A stretch of 64,000 nt of DNA from a virus. The notes beneath the pieces were generated by a model. It had not been told where the DNA came from. It made no database searches and saw only the letters and a list, made by a program, of their open reading frames with translations. The DNA is taken from the IMG/VR virus record IMGVR_UViG_3300045988_181536, positions 32,001 to 96,000 of that record; one strand, 5' to 3'. The first letter of the stretch is position 1; each line of letters starts with the position of its first letter. Positions 1-9,118 of the stretch are shown piece by piece. The position numbers and the translations under genes were made by a program.

Positions 1-1128
1 ACAATACGTATCTTTAAAGACGGTTCGATTGTGTTATATGATGCTTATGGCAGCGCAGTACACATGACTGCAGGCCATGTTAATATTAGCGCTGCACGTT
101 CAATTAATTTAACTGCTGCGGAAAATGTCAATATAACTGCCGGACGTGATGTTATTGTAAATGCCGGAAATAATATTGAATTGTCCGCTATGTTTAAGGG
201 TATTTTATTAAAGGCGAGAACTTGGCTTGAAATGTTATGTTCAAAAGGGGCGGTAGTTATCGAATCCGCCATGACCAAAGACCAAGAGCAGCAAGCGCAA
301 GATAGCGATGACGAAGAATATTTAAAGAGATTAAAAAATGCTAACGGTAATGGGATTATTTTGACAACATCACATGGCGGAAGTAGTAAAAAAGATGGTG
401 CTGGTATTAGTTTAAGGACTAATGGTACGTTATTTGAAGATGCATATTATTATGCTAATAGGTGTAAGTATGTTTTATTTGATTTGATGGCAGGCATAGG
501 ACAGTTTGTTATAGGTAATGCTTTAAGTGTAATAAATAGCACATTAAAGTTAAATGCGTTTAAAACTATGGCTAATGTATTTTATGCTAAGTCTATTTAT
601 ACACAACAACGTAAACCTGCAATTGTAATGGGTTCTGAACAAGAAACGCTGGTTAATTACGATCAAAACGATGCCAATTATCCAAGCGGCACGGGGTTTG
701 AAACCACAGGGGAGTCAGATACTGCAGATATAAACCAAATGAAAGAATACGTGTATTTCAATCCAACAAACGGTTGGTTTAGCACTTATAACGCTCAGTT
801 TGAGTACAGAGACACAATGTATTATAATACCCAAATTGATGATAAAAATGATAAGTTATTTGAGCCTTTGACCTATCAAAAAATTAATAATGACAGTTCA
901 AAAAATTATCAATCTTTCGATATGTCAGATCTTACTGATGATATTTCTGTTGCGACACGCAAGACCCCGTATCCTGGAAAGAATGTCAATGTAAATACTT
1001 ATTCCCCAAGCAATACAGATTTAAATAAACCTTGCGCAAATAAAGGAGAATCTCTATTGACAAATAACAATGAAATTGAGAAAACAAGCTATTCTTTAAA
1101 ACAATATAACCCTGAAAATTTTTTATAA
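1..1128 (+). CDS. hypothetical virion protein, 5' partial (reading frame open from window start)
   Basis: Frame is open from nt 1. Low-complexity Asn/Thr/Gly-rich beta-rich repeats (VNISAARSINLTAAENVNITAGRDVIVNAGNNIEL) typical of fibre or spike proteins. Sits in the structural block. Confidence 0.45.
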   Translation, partial: TIRIFKDGSIVLYDAYGSAVHMTAGHVNISAARSINLTAAENVNITAGRDVIVNAGNNIELSAMFKGILLKARTWLEMLCSKGAVVIESAMTKDQEQQAQDSDDEEYLKRLKNANGNGIILTTSHGGSSKKDGAGISLRTNGTLFEDAYYYANRCKYVLFDLMAGIGQFVIGNALSVINSTLKLNAFKTMANVFYAKSIYTQQRKPAIVMGSEQETLVNYDQNDANYPSGTGFETTGESDTADINQMKEYVYFNPTNGWFSTYNAQFEYRDTMYYNTQIDDKNDKLFEPLTYQKINNDSSKNYQSFDMSDLTDDISVATRKTPYPGKNVNVNTYSPSNTDLNKPCANKGESLLTNNNEIEKTSYSLKQYNPENFL

Positions 1129-1130
1129 AA

Positions 1131-1922
1131 ATGGAAAACAATAACGAAACAAATAAGACGGAAACTCCAACAATAACTGATGAGGATGTTATAAATTATA
1201 TCACTCAGCAAAAAGAAGCTTCTAACGAGAAATATAAAGTTACTGAAATTGATGAAAATACAAAGAGTATTCAGTTGGATAAAGAAGTTGCGAAAGACTT
1301 TATTGATACTGTAAAGTTTAATAAAGGTGATATAGCCGCAATCTTAAAAGATGAACAAGACGCGGAATCTCAGACTATTAACAGAGTGAAAGTTGAGCAG
1401 GATGCTGCATTTAATTTTAGTGCTTTGTATTCTGAAAAACTTAAGAAGCAATTAGATAAGGTTACTATAACTGATGCGGAAAAAGATAAGTATATAGCTT
1501 ACATTTTAAGTGAACAACCTATCTTTTTAGACGTAACTTATGCCAAGCTTAAAAATATTTCTTTTACATTTAGGTCGAAGTTTGTTTATGAGCAAGAATA
1601 TATCGCTAAATTTATAAAAGAAACGCTTTTATCAGAAAAAGGCAAATCTATGACTCCTGATGAGATGTGCATTTTTATTTTTAAAACTAATGTAGCAATA
1701 ATTTTACAGCAGGTAAATAATGTTGATTTTTTTAAGAAAAAACTTCCCATAAATTTAACAGATATAATATCTTATGGAGAATTTATTGATATAATTTCTG
1801 CCAGAATTGATCAATTAAGTAGGTTAGGTCAACAATTTTGGTCATTAATAGTAAATGCCGCTTGTGTTTTTGAGAAAAAGGAACAACTTCTAGCGGAATT
1901 TTTTGTTAATGAGGATTTTTAA
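1131..1922 (+). CDS. hypothetical protein
   Basis: 263-aa ORF tightly packed after the preceding gene. Followed by a hairpin plus T-run terminator. Confidence 0.5.
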   Translation: MENNNETNKTETPTITDEDVINYITQQKEASNEKYKVTEIDENTKSIQLDKEVAKDFIDTVKFNKGDIAAILKDEQDAESQTINRVKVEQDAAFNFSALYSEKLKKQLDKVTITDAEKDKYIAYILSEQPIFLDVTYAKLKNISFTFRSKFVYEQEYIAKFIKETLLSEKGKSMTPDEMCIFIFKTNVAIILQQVNNVDFFKKKLPINLTDIISYGEFIDIISARIDQLSRLGQQFWSLIVNAACVFEKKEQLLAEFFVNEDF

Positions 1923-1924
1923 AA

Positions 1925-1972
1925 ACCCCTAAATATCGAATTTGGCTTACGCTTTATTTAGGGGGTTATTTT
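1925..1972 (+). terminator. rho-independent terminator-like hairpin
   Basis: cccctaaat...atttaggggg inverted repeat followed by ttatttt. Confidence 0.45.
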
Positions 1973-2062
1973 AAACCGGAGACAATTTGTAGGCATTCAA
2001 ACGTCAGAGATGCAATAATTTTTAAAGCGCTTACAAGGCAATTTAACACTCAGTCTACTCAA

Positions 2063-2329
2063 GTGGGTATTGATATTGATGTACACCACTTGGTTAATAG
2101 TACAGGAGAGTTGCAAGCGAAGCAGAATTTGCTTAATATTAATAAAAAACTTGATACATTATTTAATTTGAAAACACATAATACTGAAGCATTAAAACAA
2201 AATAAGCGTATAGATGCAGTGGCTAAACGTTTAGGATTGACGGGCATTGCAGAAATCGATGAAATGCTTAAACTATACGATGCTTTAGATAAAGCAGGCC
2301 TTGTAAAAATGAGAAAACCAACAGATTAA
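2063..2329 (+). CDS. hypothetical small protein
   Basis: 88-aa ORF. Stop abuts the start of the next gene. Confidence 0.4.
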   Translation: MGIDIDVHHLVNSTGELQAKQNLLNINKKLDTLFNLKTHNTEALKQNKRIDAVAKRLGLTGIAEIDEMLKLYDALDKAGLVKMRKPTD

Positions 2330-2330
2330 A

Positions 2331-4298
2331 ATGCCTACCTCTTCTTCAGATAATTCTAGCACATCTGCTACATCGGCTTTGGAAAGCTTTGATTTTGATG
2401 GGTTAGTGCGTAATATATTTGGTCTTGTTTCCAACTATTTTAGCGATCCCTCTATTACCACGGGCATTAGTCAAGTAGCTTCCGATGCCATACGTAATGC
2501 GATTAATGGTGCAGTTTCCGACAATTCATCAAGAGGTATGCCTGGGATGTTGGGAAGAATATCAGGGTTATCAAATTCACCAACGTTATCTTCAATTGGC
2601 AATTTAATGTCTATGAATCCGTTTCTTGCAAGATTAACTGGATCTTCAGATGTACGTATTGCACAGGAAGTAGCGGGGGCAATAGGCAGGCGTAATTTCG
2701 GGATGCTTAACTCTCCCATGAGGGAAGTAAATGCCTTAATAGCCGGTGCTAATATACAGGACTTTTGGCAAGGATTTGCAGATAGCAATTCTCCTTTTAA
2801 AAAAGGTATGAATCAATCACATGCGTTTTTGGCGGCCAATTGGCTAAACCAATCCGGCGCCATTGGACAAGCGCAAATTACGGATGCTAAAGGCATGGGC
2901 GGCGAGTCGGAAAAGCTTATGTCGTCTGCCATGGAAATGTTGTCCATAGGAAAAAATATTTTAGGCATGGGAGACGATGTTTATGCTATTTTAAATCAAG
3001 TGTCAGTATTAGGTGGTGGTAAAGGAAAACAATTTGAAGAGGCTGCATCTCGTTTTAAAGATTATATTTCTCAATTAGTTGCAGAAGGATTAGACATGGC
3101 TGAAATTCAATCAGCTATAACTCATGCTAATGGTCAAATCCAAACAATGATGGCTGCAGGTTATGATGCAACAACAGCTGCCGCATATGCACGTCAATCT
3201 ACAGCAGCTGCTTTCTCTGTGGCTAAAGAAATGCAAGGAAAGGGCAAAGAATATAATGCTGGGGCTGAAGCAAATAAAACCAATGCACAAATGGCCGCAG
3301 TAGACGCTCAGTCCGAAGGTATTTCGTTAAATGCTCAAGCTGTGACTTTAAATATGATGAAGTCAAGGGGCTTGATAACTGAAGAGCAATCACAGCGTTT
3401 GAGCGAGCTAATGGCAAGCGGAAACCTTACAGATGATAATTTAAAATCAATTTTAGGTGCCAATTACGCCAAATTTAATCAATTTTATCAAGGTGTTGTT
3501 AAGCACGGTTCACAAGATCCTGCAAAGTTGGCAAGTATGGCGGATAAAGGCTTTTTTGGGGCCGCTGCAAGAGAAGCTAAAGGGGCTATGGTACTATCCC
3601 AAATGGATGAATCTGTGCGTTATTTTGCAGGAGACTTTGGGGAGAAAAATAGACAAGAGATATTGGATGCTTATGAAAGAATTAAATCAGGCAATTATAG
3701 TGAAGCAGACTTAGATTTAATGGAAGCGTCTATGCCTGGAGTTGGCAATAACATTGCAGCATGGGCGCGTCTTAGAACTCAGCAGAAACAAGGGCGTGAA
3801 CGTACGGAAGCTTTAATGAATGCAGTTGGGGCTAAAAAGATTTCTAAAATTGATATTTTATCTTCGGATGATTTTAAAAAGATGCAAGATGCCGTAAAAA
3901 AGCTTAACGGTGGTGAAGGTCAAATTATGACCATGGAGAATTATGATGAAGCTTTGGCAAATACCGGCATGACGCAAGAAAAATTGGATAAGTTATTTGA
4001 ATCAAAAGCTTTAAAAGATAAAGACTATGTAAAGATTACAGGCGAAGATAACAAAGACTATTATATGGATAGGTATGGCAATGCTTGGTCTGTAGATGAA
4101 GAAACAAAAAAGAAATTAGATGAAGAAAAGAATAAGAAAGAGGAAAACCCCATAGTTGCAGTTTTGCAAGAAATAGTGAATCTTATGAAGACTATTTATG
4201 ACGAATTTAAAGGACCAGACTCTCAGCAATCGGAAAATAATTTAGAAGCTAGAAAGAAAGAAGAAGCTGCAGGTAAAAAACCACCTGAACAAAATTAA
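2331..4298 (+). CDS. Ala/Gln/Gly-rich virion protein, possibly tape-measure-like or an internal virion protein
   Basis: 655 aa, low complexity with coiled-coil-like stretches (AAGYDATTAAAYARQSTAAAF..., long Q/A/K segments) and an acidic/basic Lys-Glu tail. Composition resembles tape-measure proteins. No catalytic motif recognised. Confidence 0.3.
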   Translation: MPTSSSDNSSTSATSALESFDFDGLVRNIFGLVSNYFSDPSITTGISQVASDAIRNAINGAVSDNSSRGMPGMLGRISGLSNSPTLSSIGNLMSMNPFLARLTGSSDVRIAQEVAGAIGRRNFGMLNSPMREVNALIAGANIQDFWQGFADSNSPFKKGMNQSHAFLAANWLNQSGAIGQAQITDAKGMGGESEKLMSSAMEMLSIGKNILGMGDDVYAILNQVSVLGGGKGKQFEEAASRFKDYISQLVAEGLDMAEIQSAITHANGQIQTMMAAGYDATTAAAYARQSTAAAFSVAKEMQGKGKEYNAGAEANKTNAQMAAVDAQSEGISLNAQAVTLNMMKSRGLITEEQSQRLSELMASGNLTDDNLKSILGANYAKFNQFYQGVVKHGSQDPAKLASMADKGFFGAAAREAKGAMVLSQMDESVRYFAGDFGEKNRQEILDAYERIKSGNYSEADLDLMEASMPGVGNNIAAWARLRTQQKQGRERTEALMNAVGAKKISKIDILSSDDFKKMQDAVKKLNGGEGQIMTMENYDEALANTGMTQEKLDKLFESKALKDKDYVKITGEDNKDYYMDRYGNAWSVDEETKKKLDEEKNKKEENPIVAVLQEIVNLMKTIYDEFKGPDSQQSENNLEARKKEEAAGKKPPEQN

Positions 4299-4306
4299 GT
4301 ATACTT

Positions 4307-4747
4307 ATGGCAACGAGTTTTTTTGGCACTAAAGGATGCTACTATTTAATATATAAAGCTGGAGGAAGCCCCTATTATCAGCTTAATCCTTCTATTTCAG
4401 GGCGAGGATTTTTTATTACCAGAGCTACAACAAACGGCTCTGATAATATTGCATTAAATTTATGTTTTAATGATATTCGCGTGGCATCTGCTACAGGTAA
4501 ATCATTTGGAAGAACTATAGTAGAGGGGATAGCTTTGTTGGGGCCTGTGACTTCACCCGCTTCTTCTGAATCTAGGATTCAAAATTATTATAACACAAAT
4601 CGATTTTCTCAAAGTGGTAAACCGATAACGTTATCGACTATAGGAGGCGGAACACATAAATTTTTATTGCAGAATTATGCTATTCAAGGTGTAGACGATA
4701 AATTTAATATTTTAAGTTTTAGCTTAGATGGTATTAGCCTGGATTAG
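4307..4747 (+). CDS. hypothetical structural protein
   Basis: 146-aa ORF in the structural operon. Confidence 0.4.
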   Translation: MATSFFGTKGCYYLIYKAGGSPYYQLNPSISGRGFFITRATTNGSDNIALNLCFNDIRVASATGKSFGRTIVEGIALLGPVTSPASSESRIQNYYNTNRFSQSGKPITLSTIGGGTHKFLLQNYAIQGVDDKFNILSFSLDGISLD

Positions 4748-4752
4748 TTATT

Positions 4753-5196
4753 ATGATTAACGTATTTTTTCACAATATTTCTACAAATGAATTTATGGAT
4801 GATGGAGTTGTTTTAAATAACTCCAAATTGCCTGCAGAAGGTACTGATCTAAGGATTATTTTTGATGGATTGGATTTAAATAATGATTTTTATAATCGGT
4901 TATACATTGCATACATAAATGCATTTCCTTGGATAGAAGAAAAATTGGATCCCTTAAATTGGCAAAATAAAACTTATATTCCATCTTTATTGTCCTTTCC
5001 TTCAAACGGCACTATTAATAATAGCTATAAAACACCCAAACAGATTTTGGATAGTTTAAATTCTAAATCTTTGCATAAGGTTTTATCTGATGTAGGTTAT
5101 TATTCCGATTATATTGCAGCTGATACTTATGAAGAAAAATTATGCTGGCTGCTTTTATCGGTTGCGATGCAAACTAAATTTTATACATCTGATTAG
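4753..5196 (+). CDS. hypothetical structural protein
   Basis: 147-aa ORF, tight spacing. Confidence 0.4.
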   Translation: MINVFFHNISTNEFMDDGVVLNNSKLPAEGTDLRIIFDGLDLNNDFYNRLYIAYINAFPWIEEKLDPLNWQNKTYIPSLLSFPSNGTINNSYKTPKQILDSLNSKSLHKVLSDVGYYSDYIAADTYEEKLCWLLLSVAMQTKFYTSD

Positions 5197-5198
5197 TT

Positions 5199-6647
5199 AT
5201 GGCAGACATTCTTCGTAAGCCTACTGTTACCGTAAATGGATATAAATGCGTATCCGCTCAGGTATCTTGTATGTTAAATCGCCCTATTATAGTAAATGCT
5301 ACAGTATGCTCAGGCGACACAGATGGTGGTATTCTTACTACAGATGACATAATGAATTTAGCCAAAGAGATGCAGGCTAAAATCTTTGAAGATCCATCTG
5401 AAGGAGATTTGCAACTAAGTATGTCTGATGGCGAAAGCGGTACTTTAAATTATAACAGGTTAATTATTACGTCTTGTGATGTTGTGGCGGCGACCTCTGG
5501 TGGTTTAATGGCAACTATTACAGCTACAAGTCCAGATATTTTGGCAGATTTGGTAGATCCTTCTGTTTATATGAAGTATGTGGATACAGCGAATGTTATG
5601 TTTAAAACTGCTAGCGATTATAAAGGCTCAAAAGCCCAAGATCATTTTTGGGTATATCAGTTGCAAGATAAAGGCGGAAATAATTTGTCTGTTGCCAATA
5701 AATTATTAAAACTTTTAGAAAACGCCAAAGATAAATATAGATTTAGGGAAGATGGACTGACTGAGGGAACGAAAGCTGCAGTTAATTCACAAAAGGCTAT
5801 TAACAATTCCTTTTTTAAATACGTTCGGCAATTTTTACGGGAAAGCGACGACACCACTCGTGTATTAAACGGTAAGGCAGAAATTAACGACACGGTTAAT
5901 CGGGCAATTTATAATACATTGGCGCATAACATGTTTGAAATTGGGGGTGGTGTATTCTCCAAACTATTAAATTATATTACTTCAGAATTTTTACTTTGGT
6001 ATATTCCCAACCATAAAACTGGAGAAATAGGAATTTTAAAAAATTGGGATTATGAAGGTAACGACATGCAAACCATTTCGGTTCCAATTTCCACCGCAAA
6101 ATTAGCCATAGGACGAGCTTTAGGCAATGATTTGCCTCCAACTTTAGTTGTTGCAGAATCTCCATTGGTATTTACACAACATGAAATTGCGGAAAACTAT
6201 TCCGCATGGATTTCAGGTAGTTATCCGGAAAAAGCGGAAACTAAACTAGGTAAAGTATATAATATTCAAGCGCCACGTTGGTTTTCGGTTGGCCAAGATG
6301 TAAGTCCGAATAAACCTGCAAATAAATTAAATGTCGGAAGAAATCCCAGTCAAACAATTGAAACGGCGGATAAGGCACAAAAACAAATAAGTAAAAATGC
6401 TAAATCAAGCAATCAAGCTTTAACTTATTTAGCCAAACAATCATTTTTTAAATATAAATTTGGTACTTCTGTTGCCGGTATAACTTGCCCATTTCAATCA
6501 AATATTGACGCAAATATCGGCGATTTTGTTCAGGTTAATGCTGAAGGTGGGGGTAAAATCTTACAAGGCATTTTGTCTACTGTAACCCATAACCTTTCTA
6601 CAGGATCTCTTAGCACAGAGTTAGGTTTTACTCGCGTAGAGATTTAG
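5199..6647 (+). CDS. hypothetical virion protein
   Basis: 482-aa ORF with a 2-nt gap from the previous gene. Confidence 0.45.
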   Translation: MADILRKPTVTVNGYKCVSAQVSCMLNRPIIVNATVCSGDTDGGILTTDDIMNLAKEMQAKIFEDPSEGDLQLSMSDGESGTLNYNRLIITSCDVVAATSGGLMATITATSPDILADLVDPSVYMKYVDTANVMFKTASDYKGSKAQDHFWVYQLQDKGGNNLSVANKLLKLLENAKDKYRFREDGLTEGTKAAVNSQKAINNSFFKYVRQFLRESDDTTRVLNGKAEINDTVNRAIYNTLAHNMFEIGGGVFSKLLNYITSEFLLWYIPNHKTGEIGILKNWDYEGNDMQTISVPISTAKLAIGRALGNDLPPTLVVAESPLVFTQHEIAENYSAWISGSYPEKAETKLGKVYNIQAPRWFSVGQDVSPNKPANKLNVGRNPSQTIETADKAQKQISKNAKSSNQALTYLAKQSFFKYKFGTSVAGITCPFQSNIDANIGDFVQVNAEGGGKILQGILSTVTHNLSTGSLSTELGFTRVEI

Positions 6648-6703
6648 TATTGACATTATCTGTAGGCTGGGTTTGGCTGAATGCTGTTTAATCATTAAAG
6701 TAA

Positions 6704-9112
6704 ATGGCAAGAAGTTTTAACGTAAATCCAGACGGCAATTTAAATAATTCGGATTTAAATTTAAAATCCGAAAATAATAAGCTATTAAAAGGTTTAACGC
6801 CTTTAGCCGGAAGAACGGAAGCGTTAGAAGCTTGCGAAGCGGAAACGCCTACTCCTGCTACATGCATTTATCCAAGGTCTAAAGTTAAAAAAATTATCGA
6901 GGATTTCCGTAAATTACACAAAAACAATTTGTGTAATCCGACCCCGTATGATCCGTGCATATTAGATGATACAGGTCTTGTTGTGCCTGATGCTACGCCT
7001 GAAATAAATATTATCAAAGACGAGATTTATCCGGCTCAAAATTATGAAGTAAGATTAAATTGCGCAGATGTTTATGAGGAATACAGCAACTTATCTGAAA
7101 ATAACGCATACTATACCTTCATAAATAATCCTGATGCGGAAGTTGTTATACCTGAGGGCACATATATACGTACTCTTAGAAATGCTACTGAAGCTCAAAA
7201 AAAGCAGGTTAGACTTGAATTAACTAATTTAGCCAAGACGCAAGCGATATCGCAATTAACCTGTGGTCTATCTAATAAGGAATATACATTAAAGTGTCCC
7301 ACGGAACAACAAGCAGATGGCACAGAAACAGACGTAACGGCGCTAATTGTCAATACAAGAGCTTCCACCGTCATTCAGGATGATATTGTTGTTGATTTTA
7401 ATACTGAAGATGTTGGGGTAAATGCTACAGACGGAAGTATTGTTTTAGTCTCAAATAATTTTGCAAATTATGATACATCATTAAGATCCCAATTATTCTC
7501 CAGGGCGATAAGCGGCCTTTCATGCACTTACGGTAACGAACAGTATACCGTGGTATGCGGAGAAATGCCTGCAAATGTAAACGTGGATAATTTGGTGCAA
7601 AATGTCGATGACGAAATGCAGACCGTGGAGATTGGCAGTTTTATAAAAAATCTTTCCGCGTTTTATAGCCAATTTTATGTTTCTGATACTCGCGCTTGGG
7701 ATTTAGACAATTACGGTAGCACAGATAGTATTAATGAAAAATTAAAAGAATTGGTTGCTGAATTAATTGAGGAGGTTAATTCTCAAGCAGTTGCCATATT
7801 AACAAGTTCTTCCACATGTAATTATGGAAATATAGGGTTAGATATCACATGCCCTACAGGATATAATGCAATGGTAGCTGATGATATTAATTCTACCATT
7901 GATGAAAATATATTTGTTGTATCCGAACCTACCTCGGATATGAATTTAACATCGACAGTCGGTTCCGGTTCACATGCTTATAACTTAAACTTTGATTTAA
8001 CCGATAGCAATGCAACTTTAATTTATAATTCGATTTCCGGACAGGTTGAAAATAGAAAAGATTCTTATACATCCTATAACTGCGGTATTTATAACAACAC
8101 GGTAACGGTTTATTGCGATCGCGCTACAGCAGAAGCTGCTTCGGATAATGCAGGGGATGCAATTATATTTCGCACCACAGATGCAGTTACGGATGAGACG
8201 ACATTTTTTAGGTTTTATATAACAAATCATGCTAATAGTTTATTAGTTGCAAAGGCCGTAAATACAAATGTGCCTACGAAAGATTTAAAATTAGCAATGA
8301 GTGTATCAGATTATTTATCTGATACGGGCCTTACAAATCGGCAAACATACTATCCCGATGGCATTTATCTATGGGAGCATGACTATCCAAGCGATCAAAA
8401 AGTTGGGAATGATCCCACAGTCACAGTTAATAATGATCCATGGCAATGCTATCCTATGGGAGTGGCAAATTATCCCACAGGAGGTACGGGTACAAATGCT
8501 TATGCCTTGTCCGCATGTTCCCATAATGCCGATAGTCCAATATCGTCCAAATATACATTTACTACGACAACCGAAGGCAATTGTGAAATTAATTCCCTTG
8601 TATCCGAAGGCTATCCGTTTACAAACGTGACGGATCCTGAAGCATTGTATCAGCCAATTGAGATAAGACTCGCAGACGAAGGTATGGGAATAACATCTTT
8701 TTCCATTCTTGCTAAATCGTTTATCGAATTATATCAAAACAATGTGGATGACGGCACGCCTTATTCACCGCAAGAACTTCAAGCTATGGTAAATGAACGC
8801 GCGGTAGAACAGGCACGTTCAGGTGTTAGTTGTTTATATGGCAATATATTAATTCATGAGGAAGATTGTTCAATTAAGATAGGATCCTGCACGCCGTTTG
8901 AGAATAATATCCCACCGCCTCAAATTCCGGCAAATACTTATTTTGCAGATACACCTACAAATGCGGATAGACAAGCTGTGACCGCTCATAACGCTATGGC
9001 GTTTTGCTTATGTGCAGACTGGATAGGCGGGGGAGGTTCGTCGCTTTCAATTAATTTAGATGGTTCGTGTAGTGATAATTGCACGGAACAATATTGTGTA
9101 TTTTCTGTATAA
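6704..9112 (+). CDS. Cys-rich large virion protein
   Basis: 802 aa. Many spaced Cys (TCGLSNKEYTLKCP, SCTYGNEQYTVVCGE, CNYGNIGLDITCP) suggest repeated disulfide or metal-bound modules. Function unknown. Confidence 0.45.
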   Translation: MARSFNVNPDGNLNNSDLNLKSENNKLLKGLTPLAGRTEALEACEAETPTPATCIYPRSKVKKIIEDFRKLHKNNLCNPTPYDPCILDDTGLVVPDATPEINIIKDEIYPAQNYEVRLNCADVYEEYSNLSENNAYYTFINNPDAEVVIPEGTYIRTLRNATEAQKKQVRLELTNLAKTQAISQLTCGLSNKEYTLKCPTEQQADGTETDVTALIVNTRASTVIQDDIVVDFNTEDVGVNATDGSIVLVSNNFANYDTSLRSQLFSRAISGLSCTYGNEQYTVVCGEMPANVNVDNLVQNVDDEMQTVEIGSFIKNLSAFYSQFYVSDTRAWDLDNYGSTDSINEKLKELVAELIEEVNSQAVAILTSSSTCNYGNIGLDITCPTGYNAMVADDINSTIDENIFVVSEPTSDMNLTSTVGSGSHAYNLNFDLTDSNATLIYNSISGQVENRKDSYTSYNCGIYNNTVTVYCDRATAEAASDNAGDAIIFRTTDAVTDETTFFRFYITNHANSLLVAKAVNTNVPTKDLKLAMSVSDYLSDTGLTNRQTYYPDGIYLWEHDYPSDQKVGNDPTVTVNNDPWQCYPMGVANYPTGGTGTNAYALSACSHNADSPISSKYTFTTTTEGNCEINSLVSEGYPFTNVTDPEALYQPIEIRLADEGMGITSFSILAKSFIELYQNNVDDGTPYSPQELQAMVNERAVEQARSGVSCLYGNILIHEEDCSIKIGSCTPFENNIPPPQIPANTYFADTPTNADRQAVTAHNAMAFCLCADWIGGGGSSLSINLDGSCSDNCTEQYCVFSV

Positions 9113-9118
9113 TAAATT

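Noticed and set aside
2471-2788. Numerous 60-120-aa antisense or alternate-frame ORFs inside large genes (e.g. 2471-2788−, 9721-10020−, 22082-22441−, 26680-26997−, 54573-54980−)
   Set aside because: They are embedded in well-supported longer ORFs on the other strand or frame, lack SD sequences, and have biased composition typical of shadow ORFs.
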